In this document: positions 55,912-64,000 of the stretch, in pieces
Position numbering within the stretch: the first letter of the stretch is position 1
Layout: every line of letters starts with the position of its first letter
Assembly: GCA_964527545.1 (NCBI GenBank)
Contig: CAZGQF010000001.1
Coordinates: 148,019-212,018, forward strand
DNA length: 64,000 nt
DNA from: Candidatus Undinarchaeota archaeon
Lineage (GTDB): Archaea > SpSt-1190 > DYHY01 > CAZGQF01
Direction of reading: 5' to 3'
The notes under the pieces: generated by a model
The model's database searches: none
Told to the model about the DNA's origin: nothing
What the model saw: only the letters and a program-made list of their open reading frames with translations
Made by a program: the position numbers and the translations under genes

Positions 55912-56355
55912 CTACTCGACTTCGCCCGTGCATTCGCCTATCTCTTCGTGGTCGACGATGCCATCGATTGTGCTGAACTGGAACTTCACTGTCGCTATGT
56001 ACCTCTCGCCTTCGTCAAATCCTGAGAACCCCGAGACGGTGATTATCTCAGACTTTCCGGCGTCGATGGCGTAGTCCGTTGAGTCAGTCTCCGTCTCGCC
56101 CTCTATCACCACCCGCGTCCTGTTGATGTTGACCTTGGCGCCCGCCCCGTTCGCTATCTTGATTATGAAGTCACCGTTGTCCATGAAGGCGTGCTCCCTG
56201 TACTCAAGCTGGTCGAGGCCCACGCACGACTTCTGTGTGTAGGTAGAGGGGTTGAGAATGCCCATTGCGTAGAGTGCGCCGCCAGCTATGAGGATGATTA
56301 TGATGACCCACCCGTAGGTCATCAGGTACTCGAGGGCGCTCTGGCCGCGTCTCAC
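55912..56355 (-). CDS. major pilin-like protein, paralog 1 (MRRG/QSALEYLMTYGWVIIIIL)
   Basis: 147 aa. Class III signal peptide. Tail-to-tail with the TadC-like gene. Confidence 0.7.
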   Translation of the reverse strand: MRRGQSALEYLMTYGWVIIIILIAGGALYAMGILNPSTYTQKSCVGLDQLEYREHAFMDNGDFIIKIANGAGAKVNINRTRVVIEGETETDSTDYAIDAGKSEIITVSGFSGFDEGERYIATVKFQFSTIDGIVDHEEIGECTGEVE

Positions 56356-56401
56356 GGGAGGAATAGCCCCCAGACAGTATTAATGCTTTCCAATGGGGCG
56401 C

Positions 56402-56860
56402 CTACTCGACCTTGCCGGTGCAGCTGCCCCTGTCCACGTGGCCGCTGATACCCCTTCTCACGTCGTAGACGAAGACCACGTCGACTTCGTAGTCGTCGCC
56501 CTCGTTCCATCCCTCGCCGGAGTAGCCGGTTATGGTGAACGTGGCAGACTTGCCTGCGTTTACGTTGGTCGGCGTGGTGTACTCGTGCCAGCAGCAGGTG
56601 CTGTTGGAGTTGGAGAACATGGAGGCGTTTGTCACCTGTATCTTGGCTCCCGCCTCATTTGCAACTCGGATCTTGAAGTCCGAGCCGTCGAAGTAGTGGT
56701 CCTCGTAGCCGAGTGATGTCAAGCCCGTGCAGGTCTTCTGCTGGTACGTGGAGGGGCTGAGCAACCCCATCGCGTAGAGCGAGGAGGCAGCTATCAAAAT
56801 GATTAGCAGGGCCCATCCGTATGTCAGCAGATACTCGAGGGCGCTTTGGCCTTTCCCCAT
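56402..56860 (-). CDS. major pilin-like protein, paralog 2 (MGKG/QSALEYLLTYGWALLIIL)
   Basis: 152 aa. N-terminal 45 aa nearly identical to paralog 3. Sequons NASMFSNSNST. Confidence 0.7.
   Translation of the reverse strand: MGKGQSALEYLLTYGWALLIILIAASSLYAMGLLSPSTYQQKTCTGLTSLGYEDHYFDGSDFKIRVANEAGAKIQVTNASMFSNSNSTCCWHEYTTPTNVNAGKSATFTITGYSGEGWNEGDDYEVDVVFVYDVRRGISGHVDRGSCTGKVE
56641..56779. repeat. segments of paralog 2 with 49-nt and 59-nt blocks identical to paralog 3 (57170-57218, 57250-57308)
   Basis: tcttggctcccgcctcatttgcaactcggatcttgaagtccgagccgtc and aagcccgtgcaggtcttctgctggtacgtggaggggctgagcaaccccatcgcgtagag occur in both genes. Confidence 0.7.
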
Positions 56861-56948
56861 GGAAAAAGACTGCTGTATCGACTATTAATGTTTTGGCAGA
56901 AAAAAGGAAGAGAAGGGAGGCCGGGGCCTCCCGTTCACAGCGTCAGGG

Positions 56949-57389
56949 CTACTCTATCTTGCCCGTGCAGCTGCCCCTCTCCACGTGGTCCTGGATGCCT
57001 CCTGGAATGTCGTAGGTGAACTCCAGGTCGGCGATGTAGTCGTCGCCCTCAGCAAAGCCGGAGAAGCCGGTCACAGTCAGTGTCGCCTGCTTGCCCGCGT
57101 TGATGTTGGTGGGCGTCGAGTAGTTGTACTCCTGCCCTTCAACGGTCACGTTGAACTCGTCCACCTTTATCTTGGCTCCCGCCTCATTTGCAACTCGGAT
57201 CTTGAAGTCCGAGCCGTCAAAGAAGTGGTCTTGGTATCCCAGCGTGACCAAGCCCGTGCAGGTCTTCTGCTGGTACGTGGAGGGGCTGAGCAACCCCATC
57301 GCGTAGAGGGCGGCGGCGGCGACAAGTATAATCACCAGGGCCCATCCGTATGTCATAAGGTACTCTAAAGCGCTCTGGCCTCTTTTCAT
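56949..57389 (-). CDS. major pilin-like protein, paralog 3 (MKRG/QSALEYLMTYGWALVIIL)
   Basis: 146 aa from ATG 57389 (or MPM start at 57395). The long ORF extension to 57590 is a GC artefact. Confidence 0.7.
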   Translation of the reverse strand: MKRGQSALEYLMTYGWALVIILVAAAALYAMGLLSPSTYQQKTCTGLVTLGYQDHFFDGSDFKIRVANEAGAKIKVDEFNVTVEGQEYNYSTPTNINAGKQATLTVTGFSGFAEGDDYIADLEFTYDIPGGIQDHVERGSCTGKIE

Positions 57390-57436
57390 AGGCATTTCCC
57401 GCATTCCCAATATTAATCTCTTCCGGAAAAGGATAA

Positions 57437-58159
57437 ATGCGAAAAGCGGGACTCGTGGCCATGGCGGAGGGAAAAGAGAGGGAAAGGCTCGAAATCGGCA
57501 TTCCCGGAGTCGACGAGCTCGTGGAAGGGGGGATACCGGAGGGAAAGGTGGTCCTTTTGGCAGGCGGGCCGGGGACAGGCAAGTCGACATTCGGCCTCCA
57601 GTGGCTGCTCCATGGTTTCAACGAGTCGGGACAGCCCGGCCTCTACGTATCGCTGGAGCAGGAGCCGGACGAGATGATTGAGGACATGGCAAACTTCAGC
57701 TTCAACATCAAGGAGGCGATCGACCAGAACGGCCTGAAGATGATCAAGTCCGAGCTCTACAAGTTCGAGGCGCTCAAGAACGCAATAGAGAACGGCGTGG
57801 ACGCGATAGGGGCGAAGAGGATAGTCATCGACCCTGTCACTGTGCTCAGCATGTACTGGGAGAGGCCCATACAGGCGAGGAAGGGAATCATAGAGATAGT
57901 CGAGCTGATCAGGACTTTGAACTGCACCGGCTTCCTCCTCTCCGAGGTGAGCGAGATCGCCCAGTACACCACGACCTTCCCGGTCGAAGAGTTCGTCTGC
58001 GACGGCGTCATACTGCTCGGATTCGAGAGGAAGAAGGGCGTCTACGAGAGGTCGCTCGTGGTGAGGAAGCTGAGAGGGAGCAGCCACTCCACTCGCATCT
58101 GCCCCCTGAAGATAACAGAGGACGGCATAGTTGTCTACCCTGAGGAAGAGGTCTTCTAG
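57437..58159 (+). CDS. KaiC/RecA-like ATPase with canonical Walker A (FlaH/ArlH-like)
   Basis: 240 aa. GIPGVDELVEGGIPEGKVVLLAGGPGTGKSTFGLQW. Single KaiC-like domain of the size of archaellum FlaH. Confidence 0.65.
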   Translation: MRKAGLVAMAEGKERERLEIGIPGVDELVEGGIPEGKVVLLAGGPGTGKSTFGLQWLLHGFNESGQPGLYVSLEQEPDEMIEDMANFSFNIKEAIDQNGLKMIKSELYKFEALKNAIENGVDAIGAKRIVIDPVTVLSMYWERPIQARKGIIEIVELIRTLNCTGFLLSEVSEIAQYTTTFPVEEFVCDGVILLGFERKKGVYERSLVVRKLRGSSHSTRICPLKITEDGIVVYPEEEVF

Positions 58160-58197
58160 CGAAAACCGATATTAGTCCCCATTGACTTTGTCTGGAG

Positions 58198-59631
58198 ATG
58201 AAGAGAGTTCTCGTTTTCCTGCTCGTCCTCTCGCTTGCAGCTGCCAAGACCTTCGAGGGGAACTGCTTCGAGATAAAGCTCCCTGGGATAGTCCAGGTGA
58301 AGAGGGGCGAGACAGAGAGCTTCGGAATCACGCTCACCAACATACTGGGCTCCGAGAAGATAGACGACGTGAAACTCAACTACACCGGTGAGTTCCTGGA
58401 AGAGGACGGCGAGATCGAACTGCCTGAGATCAGGTCGGTGCTCTGGGAGGAGAGCGGGACAGCTCGCATCTCTGTCCCCCACTCAGCGGAGAGGGGCTAC
58501 AGGAATGTCATCATCCTCGTCTCGTCTGAGGACTGCAGCGACGAGCACGGGAGCTTCCTTCTCCAGATCTTGAGGGGCGACGAGCTGTCGCTGTCCTTGG
58601 AGCCGGAAGAGGCGGAGATGGAGAAGGGGAGCCTGAAAGTCATCACTCTGGCAGTGGAGAACAGAGGGCCTGAACCGCTCAACATCACACTCGACCAGAG
58701 CGGAGTGGCCATGGCCTCTCTCGAGTTCAAGCCCAGGAAGATGGAGCTGGGCGCTGAGACTGAGAGAGAGGCTTTCGTCACGCTCAACACAACCAAGCTC
58801 AACTTCCAGGAGCATGTCCTCAACTTCAGGGTGACCGCTGATGACGTGGAGGGCCTCAACGCCTCCGCCCAGTCCAAAATCACAGTCAAGCCCTCGACCA
58901 TAGCAGAGCAGAGAAGGCAGGAGAAGCTGAAGGAGCTCTCCGCGCTCAGAAAGAGCCTGGAGATGGCAGACGTGCCTGAAGAGGCAGAGATGGAGATGGA
59001 GGAGATGATAAACGAGGCGACGAGGAGCTTGGAGGAGCAGAACCTCACGAGAGCGGAGGAGCTCCTTGCCGAACTCCGTTCGCTGGAAGAAGCGGGCTGG
59101 TGGGAGGAGCCACCGCAGGAGACTGCCCCCCAGGAGACGGCACCATCCCTTCTGCAGGAGCTCTCCGAAAAGAGCTGGGCTGAAATCAAGTGGGAGTTGG
59201 GGTCGTGGCTCCACGTCATCAACATCGCCATCGTGGCAGGCGTCGTCATCCTCTTCATCCACGTCAAGCTGGCCAAGGCGGTGGAGGTCGTCAAGTCGGT
59301 GGTCCGATACGAAGAGGGGCGCTCCAAAGTCAGGGTGACTGTGGTGAACCACAGCCCCCTGCCCCTCTACTCCCTCACGCTGAGAGAGAGGCTTCCGCCC
59401 GACTCAGCGCTCGACTCCACCTTCAAAGTCGACGGCGAGGAGAAGAGGTTCGAGAAGGAGGGGCCGCTCTACTCAGTGGAGCTGGGAAAGCTGGGCGGCG
59501 GAGGGGAGATGAAGGTGGAGTACTGGCTGGCTGAAAGAGAGAAGAGAAAGAGGATGGAGTTCCCGCCCGCCGACATGGAGTTCAAGTTTTTGAGGAGGTT
59601 CAAGATCCGCTCCAACGAGCCAATAGCTTAA
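58198..59631 (+). CDS. hypothetical type I membrane protein (signal peptide, large ectodomain, single TM, cytoplasmic tail)
   Basis: MKRVLVFLLVLSLAAA signal. QETAPQETAP repeat just before the TM at IAIVAGVVILFIHV. 477 aa. Confidence 0.4.
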   Translation: MKRVLVFLLVLSLAAAKTFEGNCFEIKLPGIVQVKRGETESFGITLTNILGSEKIDDVKLNYTGEFLEEDGEIELPEIRSVLWEESGTARISVPHSAERGYRNVIILVSSEDCSDEHGSFLLQILRGDELSLSLEPEEAEMEKGSLKVITLAVENRGPEPLNITLDQSGVAMASLEFKPRKMELGAETEREAFVTLNTTKLNFQEHVLNFRVTADDVEGLNASAQSKITVKPSTIAEQRRQEKLKELSALRKSLEMADVPEEAEMEMEEMINEATRSLEEQNLTRAEELLAELRSLEEAGWWEEPPQETAPQETAPSLLQELSEKSWAEIKWELGSWLHVINIAIVAGVVILFIHVKLAKAVEVVKSVVRYEEGRSKVRVTVVNHSPLPLYSLTLRERLPPDSALDSTFKVDGEEKRFEKEGPLYSVELGKLGGGGEMKVEYWLAEREKRKRMEFPPADMEFKFLRRFKIRSNEPIA

Positions 59632-59637
59632 AACTCC

Positions 59638-59838
59638 GTGAGGCCTCTCTGGACCATGGAGATAAATTTCAAGGAAGGCGTAGTGATACTTGCGGTCCTG
59701 CTCGTTGCTGTCTTCTACTTAAGTCCACAGATAGCGGAGTCGACCGGCGGCATGCTGGGCGGCAGCCAGGCGGTCGGCCTGGTCCTGGCCGCCCTCGCAG
59801 TACTCGTCTTTCTCTTCGGCATGGGAAAGATTAAATAA
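59638..59838 (+). CDS. small two-TM membrane protein
   Basis: 66 aa. Two hydrophobic helices. Confidence 0.3.
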   Translation: MRPLWTMEINFKEGVVILAVLLVAVFYLSPQIAESTGGMLGGSQAVGLVLAALAVLVFLFGMGKIK

Positions 59839-59858
59839 AATCTGGGAGGTCGCAGGAC

Positions 59859-60461
59859 GTGAAAGACGTACTCGAGTCGCTTAAGCTTCTGGAGGGCCAC
59901 GGCATCCCCGTCGCCCAGTCCACGCTCTGCAGCGACGTCGGTGAAGCGCTGGAGTTCGCAGGGGACAAAGGCTATCCAATCGTCCTCAAGGTCGTAAACC
60001 CGGAGATAGTCCACAAGACAGAGGCGGGCGGCGTGGAGGTCTGCGGGGATGAAAAAGGGGTCGAAACTGCCTTCGCCAAGATCAATGAGATGGGGGATGT
60101 CCTGGTCCAGGAGGGGCTGGAGGGGACTGAAGTCATTGTCGGCGTCAAGAAGGACCCTGTCTTCGGCCACGCAGTGATGCTGGGGCTGGGGGGCGTCTTC
60201 GTGGAGCTCTACGACGACGTCACCTTCAGGATGGCGCCTGTCGAGAAAAAGGAGGCGCTGTCGATGGTCGACGAGATTAAGGGGGGCAAGCTCCTGAAGG
60301 GCTTCCGTGGGAAGAAAGGCGACGTCGACTCGCTCGCCGACGTGATCGTCAAGACGTCAAAACTTGCGGTCGAAGAGGACGTGAAGGAGCTGGACATAAA
60401 CCCCCTCTTCGTCTGGGAGACTGGGGTCGCTGCCGCCGACGCGAGGGTTGAGCTTTGCTGA
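59859..60461 (+). CDS. acdB: acetate--CoA ligase (ADP-forming) beta-subunit-like ATP-grasp protein
   Basis: Collinear with archaeal ACD beta: GYPIVLKVVNPEIVHKTEAGGV, VIVGVKKDPVFGHAVMLGLGGVFVE, DINPLF. Confidence 0.75.
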   Translation: MKDVLESLKLLEGHGIPVAQSTLCSDVGEALEFAGDKGYPIVLKVVNPEIVHKTEAGGVEVCGDEKGVETAFAKINEMGDVLVQEGLEGTEVIVGVKKDPVFGHAVMLGLGGVFVELYDDVTFRMAPVEKKEALSMVDEIKGGKLLKGFRGKKGDVDSLADVIVKTSKLAVEEDVKELDINPLFVWETGVAAADARVELC

Positions 60462-61663
60462 AGAGGGTCCTCTCCTTCTGGGATGTCACCCTCCTGGGCA
60501 TCGGCCTGATCATAGGGGCCGGCATCTACGTCCTCATCGGCGAGGCCTGGGTGATAAGCGGCGACGGCCTGCCATTCGCCTTCGCCATTGCAGGCGCTAG
60601 CGCCCTCTTCACCGCCAACTCCTTTGCCAAGCTCGCCGTCGCCTTCCCAGGGGACGAATCGATCTACGAGTACGTCAAGTCCTGCTTCGGCGACGACGTC
60701 GGCTTCCTCGCTTCCTGGATGACTGTGATGGCTGTTGTCTCGACGAGCGCGACTGTCGCACTCGGCTTCGGCGACTACTTCTCTTACTTCGGCGTCTCTC
60801 AGAAACTGGCCGCCGTGGTCATACTCCTCACGGTCACCCTGGTCAACGCAATCGGCGTTAAGACCACCACCGGTATCAACAACGTCATAACCGTTCTCGA
60901 GTCGGGCGGCCTGATCGCCATAATCGGGATGGCTGCCTGGAAGGGGGGATGGCCTTCAGTGGAGATGACGCCGGGCGTCCTCCGCGCCACCAGCATAGTC
61001 TTCTTTGCCTACCTCGGCTTCGAGGCGATAGTCACGGCGATGGAGGAGACCAAGAACGCCAAGAAGGTGATACCGAGGGCCATCATGACCAGCGTGGTCG
61101 TCTGCTCAGTCCTCTATGTCCTCACCTCCCTCGCCTTCCTCTCGCTCGGCGGCAGGAGGAGCGCCCCCATCGCCAGCGCCGCGGAGAACGCGGTCGGTCC
61201 ATTGGGAGGCGGCCTCTTCGCCATAATCGCGCTGATGGCGACAGCCAACACCCTCCTCCTCACATTCTTCCAGGGCTCCCGCCTCATCTACGGCTCGGGC
61301 AAGCTGCTGAAGATGAGAGTATTGCGGGCGACACAGAGAGACGTCCCCCTAAACGGCCTGGCCATCATGTTCGCCCTCTCCTCAGCCATCCTTACGACCG
61401 ACATAGTCTTCGCGGCCGACACCAGCGACCTTCTCCTCCTCACCGTCTTCGTCCTGGTCAACCTCTCCGCCCTCCAGCTCTCTCGGGAAGGAGAGTTCAG
61501 CAAGAAGACTGGAGCCAGCGCCCTGGCCGGCCTCCTCTCATCCCTCCTCCTCATCTCGCACATCGAGAACTGGAACGCGGCCCTCCTCCTCACCGGGGTC
61601 GGCGCCCTCCTCAAGGCGATGAAGAAAAGGAATATAATCGGGGATGTCGTGGGAAAGGCATGA
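60455..61663 (+). CDS. APC-family amino acid permease
   Basis: 402 aa, about 12 TM. N-terminal GAGIYVLIGE and FAYLGFEAIVTAMEE (APC motifs). Overlaps acdB by 7 nt. Confidence 0.75.
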   Translation: MLKRVLSFWDVTLLGIGLIIGAGIYVLIGEAWVISGDGLPFAFAIAGASALFTANSFAKLAVAFPGDESIYEYVKSCFGDDVGFLASWMTVMAVVSTSATVALGFGDYFSYFGVSQKLAAVVILLTVTLVNAIGVKTTTGINNVITVLESGGLIAIIGMAAWKGGWPSVEMTPGVLRATSIVFFAYLGFEAIVTAMEETKNAKKVIPRAIMTSVVVCSVLYVLTSLAFLSLGGRRSAPIASAAENAVGPLGGGLFAIIALMATANTLLLTFFQGSRLIYGSGKLLKMRVLRATQRDVPLNGLAIMFALSSAILTTDIVFAADTSDLLLLTVFVLVNLSALQLSREGEFSKKTGASALAGLLSSLLLISHIENWNAALLLTGVGALLKAMKKRNIIGDVVGKA

Positions 61664-62292
61664 CAGCCTTCGTGCTTTCAATCGACGGCCCCGACTTCTG
61701 CGGGAAATCGACCATCGCCGCCCTCCTTCTCGCAGAGCTCCGGAAAAGAGATCTCGGATACAGCGTTAAGAGGACCGCCCTGCCCAGCGGGCTGGTGACT
61801 GGCGTCTTCACAGGCATACTCCGCAACTCCCGCGACGAGATCGACCCGCGGGTCTTCGCTCTCACCTACGCGGCAGACCACCTCCACCACAGCAAGTGGG
61901 TGAAGTCCCTTGAGGAGAGCGGCGAAGACTACCTGATAATCCAGGAGAGGTCCCTCCTGTCGACCTACATCTACCAGGGCCTGATGGGAGAGGTCGACAC
62001 CGCCTGGCTGAGGGAGGTCAACAGATTCGACAAGAACATACCAGACCTCTCCGTCATCCTCGAAGTCTCACTCGAGGAACTCCTGGAGAGAAAGAAGGCT
62101 GACAACCGCTCCTTCGACATCTACGAGACCAAGGAGAAGCTGGAGAAGCAGAGAGAGCTCTACTACGACCTGCCAGAAGAGTTGGCTGACGAGTTCAGTG
62201 TCCAGCTGGTGGACGCGGAGAGGGATCCTGAGGAGACTGCCGAGGAGATCGCCGATTTGCTGGAGAAGGCCCTAGAAGAAAAGGCTGCCTGA
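61660..62292 (+). CDS. tmk: thymidylate kinase-like P-loop kinase
   Basis: From ATG 61660 (ATGA overlap with the permease): IDGPDFCGKST P-loop, DRS/LID-like region. 210 aa. The longer ORF from 60949 is a frame read-through. Confidence 0.75.
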   Translation: MTAFVLSIDGPDFCGKSTIAALLLAELRKRDLGYSVKRTALPSGLVTGVFTGILRNSRDEIDPRVFALTYAADHLHHSKWVKSLEESGEDYLIIQERSLLSTYIYQGLMGEVDTAWLREVNRFDKNIPDLSVILEVSLEELLERKKADNRSFDIYETKEKLEKQRELYYDLPEELADEFSVQLVDAERDPEETAEEIADLLEKALEEKAA

Positions 62293-62467
62293 GTGGAGGA
62301 CCAGCTCTATGACTATGACGGCGCCGACTATGGCGACGACGCTCTCGGGCGGGATGAGAAACTTGCTCTCCGTCTCGCTGAACCTCATCAAACCGCCGTA
62401 GGAGGCGGGGAGGCTCACCTTGTTCGACTTCGCCATCGCTACAGCTCCCTACCAATCATTTAAAAGA

Positions 62468-63355
62468 CTATTCCAGCGGCTCGGCGGTCAGGGAGAGAGT
62501 GAAGTTCTGCTCGCCTTCCCAGGCGCTCCCCTGAAGGAAGCCGAAACTGCCGTAGTCGTCCGTCGCCACCACTCTCACAGCATACTCCCCCGTCTCGAAC
62601 TCGTCGAACGTGGAGCCGTCCTCGTTTGTGTCCAGCTCGCCGACGCTGAAAGAGGAGGTGGTGAAGTAGAACTCGTAGTTTCCTCCCTCTTCGGAGACCC
62701 TCGCCGTGGAGGTCTCCAGCAGTTCCCAGGCCTCGCCCCTCTGGAGGATGGCGACAGCGACAACCGGCCTCTGGGACGCGCCCGAGACAGTGCCGTTCAC
62801 CTTGAAGCTGTCTGCCAGCGTCCTGTTGAACTCTGCGTCGGCCTCCATCTCCAGGCTGGAGATCAAGGGGGAGACCCCCTCCTTGAGGCTGTAGGTTTCG
62901 AGGTGCGGCGTCCTGCTCTCCACGTCCAGGTAGGCGCTCTCCACGTCGAACTCAATTTCGCCGCCTGGGGAGAGGAGCGGCTGGTCGAGCAGGGCAAGGA
63001 GACGGAGCTGGCCGTCGGGCGGGACTATCCAGAGCCGGGAGGTCGGCATCACCAACAGCTCCTGCTCCATGACTGTTATCCTGGAGCTCTTGGGGAGCAG
63101 CTCGACCTGGGAAGGCGCCTTGTTCTTGAGGTTGAGGACGAAATAAGAAACATCTTCCCCCGCCACCACTGCCACGCCGCCGTCCATCGGCGAGAGCGTC
63201 GTCGAGATTGATGTCTTGAGCGCCTCGCCCTTGGAGGTGAGCTCGGAGCCGATGCCAGGTATCCCCAGCTTCCAGAGGACAGTCCCCACCATCAAGGCCA
63301 GGAGCACGGCCCACCAGTAGTTCATCAAATACTCCATGGCAGACTGGCCGCGCAT
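62468..63355 (-). CDS. large pilin-like protein (MRG/QSAMEYLMNYWWAVLLALMVGTVLW)
   Basis: 295 aa. Class III signal peptide. Extracellular beta-rich remainder. Confidence 0.55.
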   Translation of the reverse strand: MRGQSAMEYLMNYWWAVLLALMVGTVLWKLGIPGIGSELTSKGEALKTSISTTLSPMDGGVAVVAGEDVSYFVLNLKNKAPSQVELLPKSSRITVMEQELLVMPTSRLWIVPPDGQLRLLALLDQPLLSPGGEIEFDVESAYLDVESRTPHLETYSLKEGVSPLISSLEMEADAEFNRTLADSFKVNGTVSGASQRPVVAVAILQRGEAWELLETSTARVSEEGGNYEFYFTTSSFSVGELDTNEDGSTFDEFETGEYAVRVVATDDYGSFGFLQGSAWEGEQNFTLSLTAEPLE

Positions 63356-63430
63356 GGAGCGATAGGTCTGGTCTGGTTTAAAAAAATAGGGAAAAGAGAG
63401 AAAGAGAGGGGGGACTCCCCCCTTCCCTTC

Positions 63431-64000
63431 TCAACAGTAGCTGTCGCAGTCGGACTGGGAAGCTCCGAGCGAGGCGCAGCAGTCCTCACAGGAAAGCTCG
63501 TCCGAAGAGGTGGCGCCCTGCTTGGGTATCACGTCTATCTTCACGCGCTTGTCCGTCTTGGCCGCTATCTCGGCGCAGGTGTAGTCGATGTCCACCCTGC
63601 GCGTCTCGCCCTGGTCCCAGCTTGCAGGGATGAAAGTCCCGTTGTAGGAAGCGCCGGTGCCGTTGTCGACGTGGAAGGATACCGACTTCCCGTCCACAAG
63701 GACTGTCATCCCAGCCACTTCGTTCTGCGCCGGAACCGTGGAGGCGGAGACGTCAGTGGTCCCCGTGTTCTTGACGACCAGGGAGACCTTGGCTTCCGCC
63801 GTGGTTCCGTCGCAGGTCGTCGCTCCCCTGTCGATGGTGCTCTCGTTGGCGGAGAGCCAGGAGCTGGAGCACCAGTAGTTGTAGTCGTCGTCTAGCTGGC
63901 CATTCAGCGGGTTGCCCCCCGCGTCCGAAGCAGATGTCTCGGAGCCGTAGGCGCTCAGGATGGTCAGGCCGCCCGTCTGGGAGCTGACGCCCTCCTCCAT
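63431..64000 (-). CDS. partial (N-terminus beyond window) secreted Cys-rich protein
   Basis: Open to the window edge. C-terminus ...SCEDCCASLGASQSDCDSYC. Sequon-rich. Confidence 0.35.
   Translation of the reverse strand: MEEGVSSQTGGLTILSAYGSETSASDAGGNPLNGQLDDDYNYWCSSSWLSANESTIDRGATTCDGTTAEAKVSLVVKNTGTTDVSASTVPAQNEVAGMTVLVDGKSVSFHVDNGTGASYNGTFIPASWDQGETRRVDIDYTCAEIAAKTDKRVKIDVIPKQGATSSDELSCEDCCASLGASQSDCDSYC

Noticed and set aside
56949-57590. 213-aa version of pilin paralog 3 with a 67-aa Pro/Arg-rich N-terminal extension.
   Set aside because: The two paralogs start at the conserved M[KR]RGQSALEYL. The extension has no counterpart and would bury the signal peptide.
60949-62292. 447-aa ORF spanning the 3' part of the permease gene in another frame and continuing into tmk.
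   Set aside because: The upstream 237 codons are Arg/Pro/Gly-rich nonsense overlapping the permease. Kinase homology starts at ATG 61660.
1-64000. Searched for CRISPR arrays, IS or transposase or integrase genes, rRNA genes and prophage signatures.
   Set aside because: No short direct-repeat/spacer arrays, no transposase or integrase motifs and no rRNA-like conserved stretches were seen. The only strict tandem repeats are the coding 165-bp and 87-bp arrays.

Overview
GC-rich (about 60%) archaeal chromosomal window. Likely euryarchaeal: rpoB is split into B''/B', and both SepRS/SepCysS and CysRS are present. The minus strand at 10.5-23.6 kb carries the conserved information-processing block rpoB''-rpoB'-rpoA'-rpoA''-L30e-NusA-S12-S7-EF2-EF1a-S10. 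An rpoH gene could not be found upstream of rpoB''. Instead there is a cluster of three intron-containing tRNAs (Lys, Asp, Tyr); the Asp intron sits at a non-canonical D-arm position. uS7 carries a roughly 120-aa Lys/Glu-rich N-terminal extension with an internal 87-bp duplication. Other housekeeping genes: glmS, cysS, sepS, SepCysS, nfo, htpX, a DsbA-like CPYS protein, a CPH-type P1B-ATPase, acdB, an APC permease, tmk, radical SAM, SPFH. The main result is an accessory locus of about 18 kb (39.9-58.2 kb) encoding an archaeal type IV pilus-like system. It has at least 10 genes whose products begin with a class III (prepilin-type) signal peptide of the form [KR]G/QSxxEYL. It includes three tandem near-identical major-pilin paralogs, four overlapping minor-pilin-like genes and a 1447-aa sequon-rich pilin-headed giant protein. 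It also encodes a FlaI/TadA-like ATPase, two TadB/TadC-like membrane proteins and a FlaH-like KaiC ATPase. Fused into the locus is an unusual upstream module: two KaiC-like domains with degenerate Walker A motifs, one fused to a P-loop GTPase domain, followed directly by a Roadblock/LC7 protein (an MglA/MglB-like pair). A 530-aa protein carries four 165-bp tandem repeats; the repeat motif recurs in the C-terminal tail of one KaiC-like protein. No prepilin peptidase is present in the window. Additional pilin-like genes lie outside the locus, at 9950-10504 just downstream of S10 and at 62468-63355. Many long antisense ORFs in the six-frame track are GC-driven artefacts.
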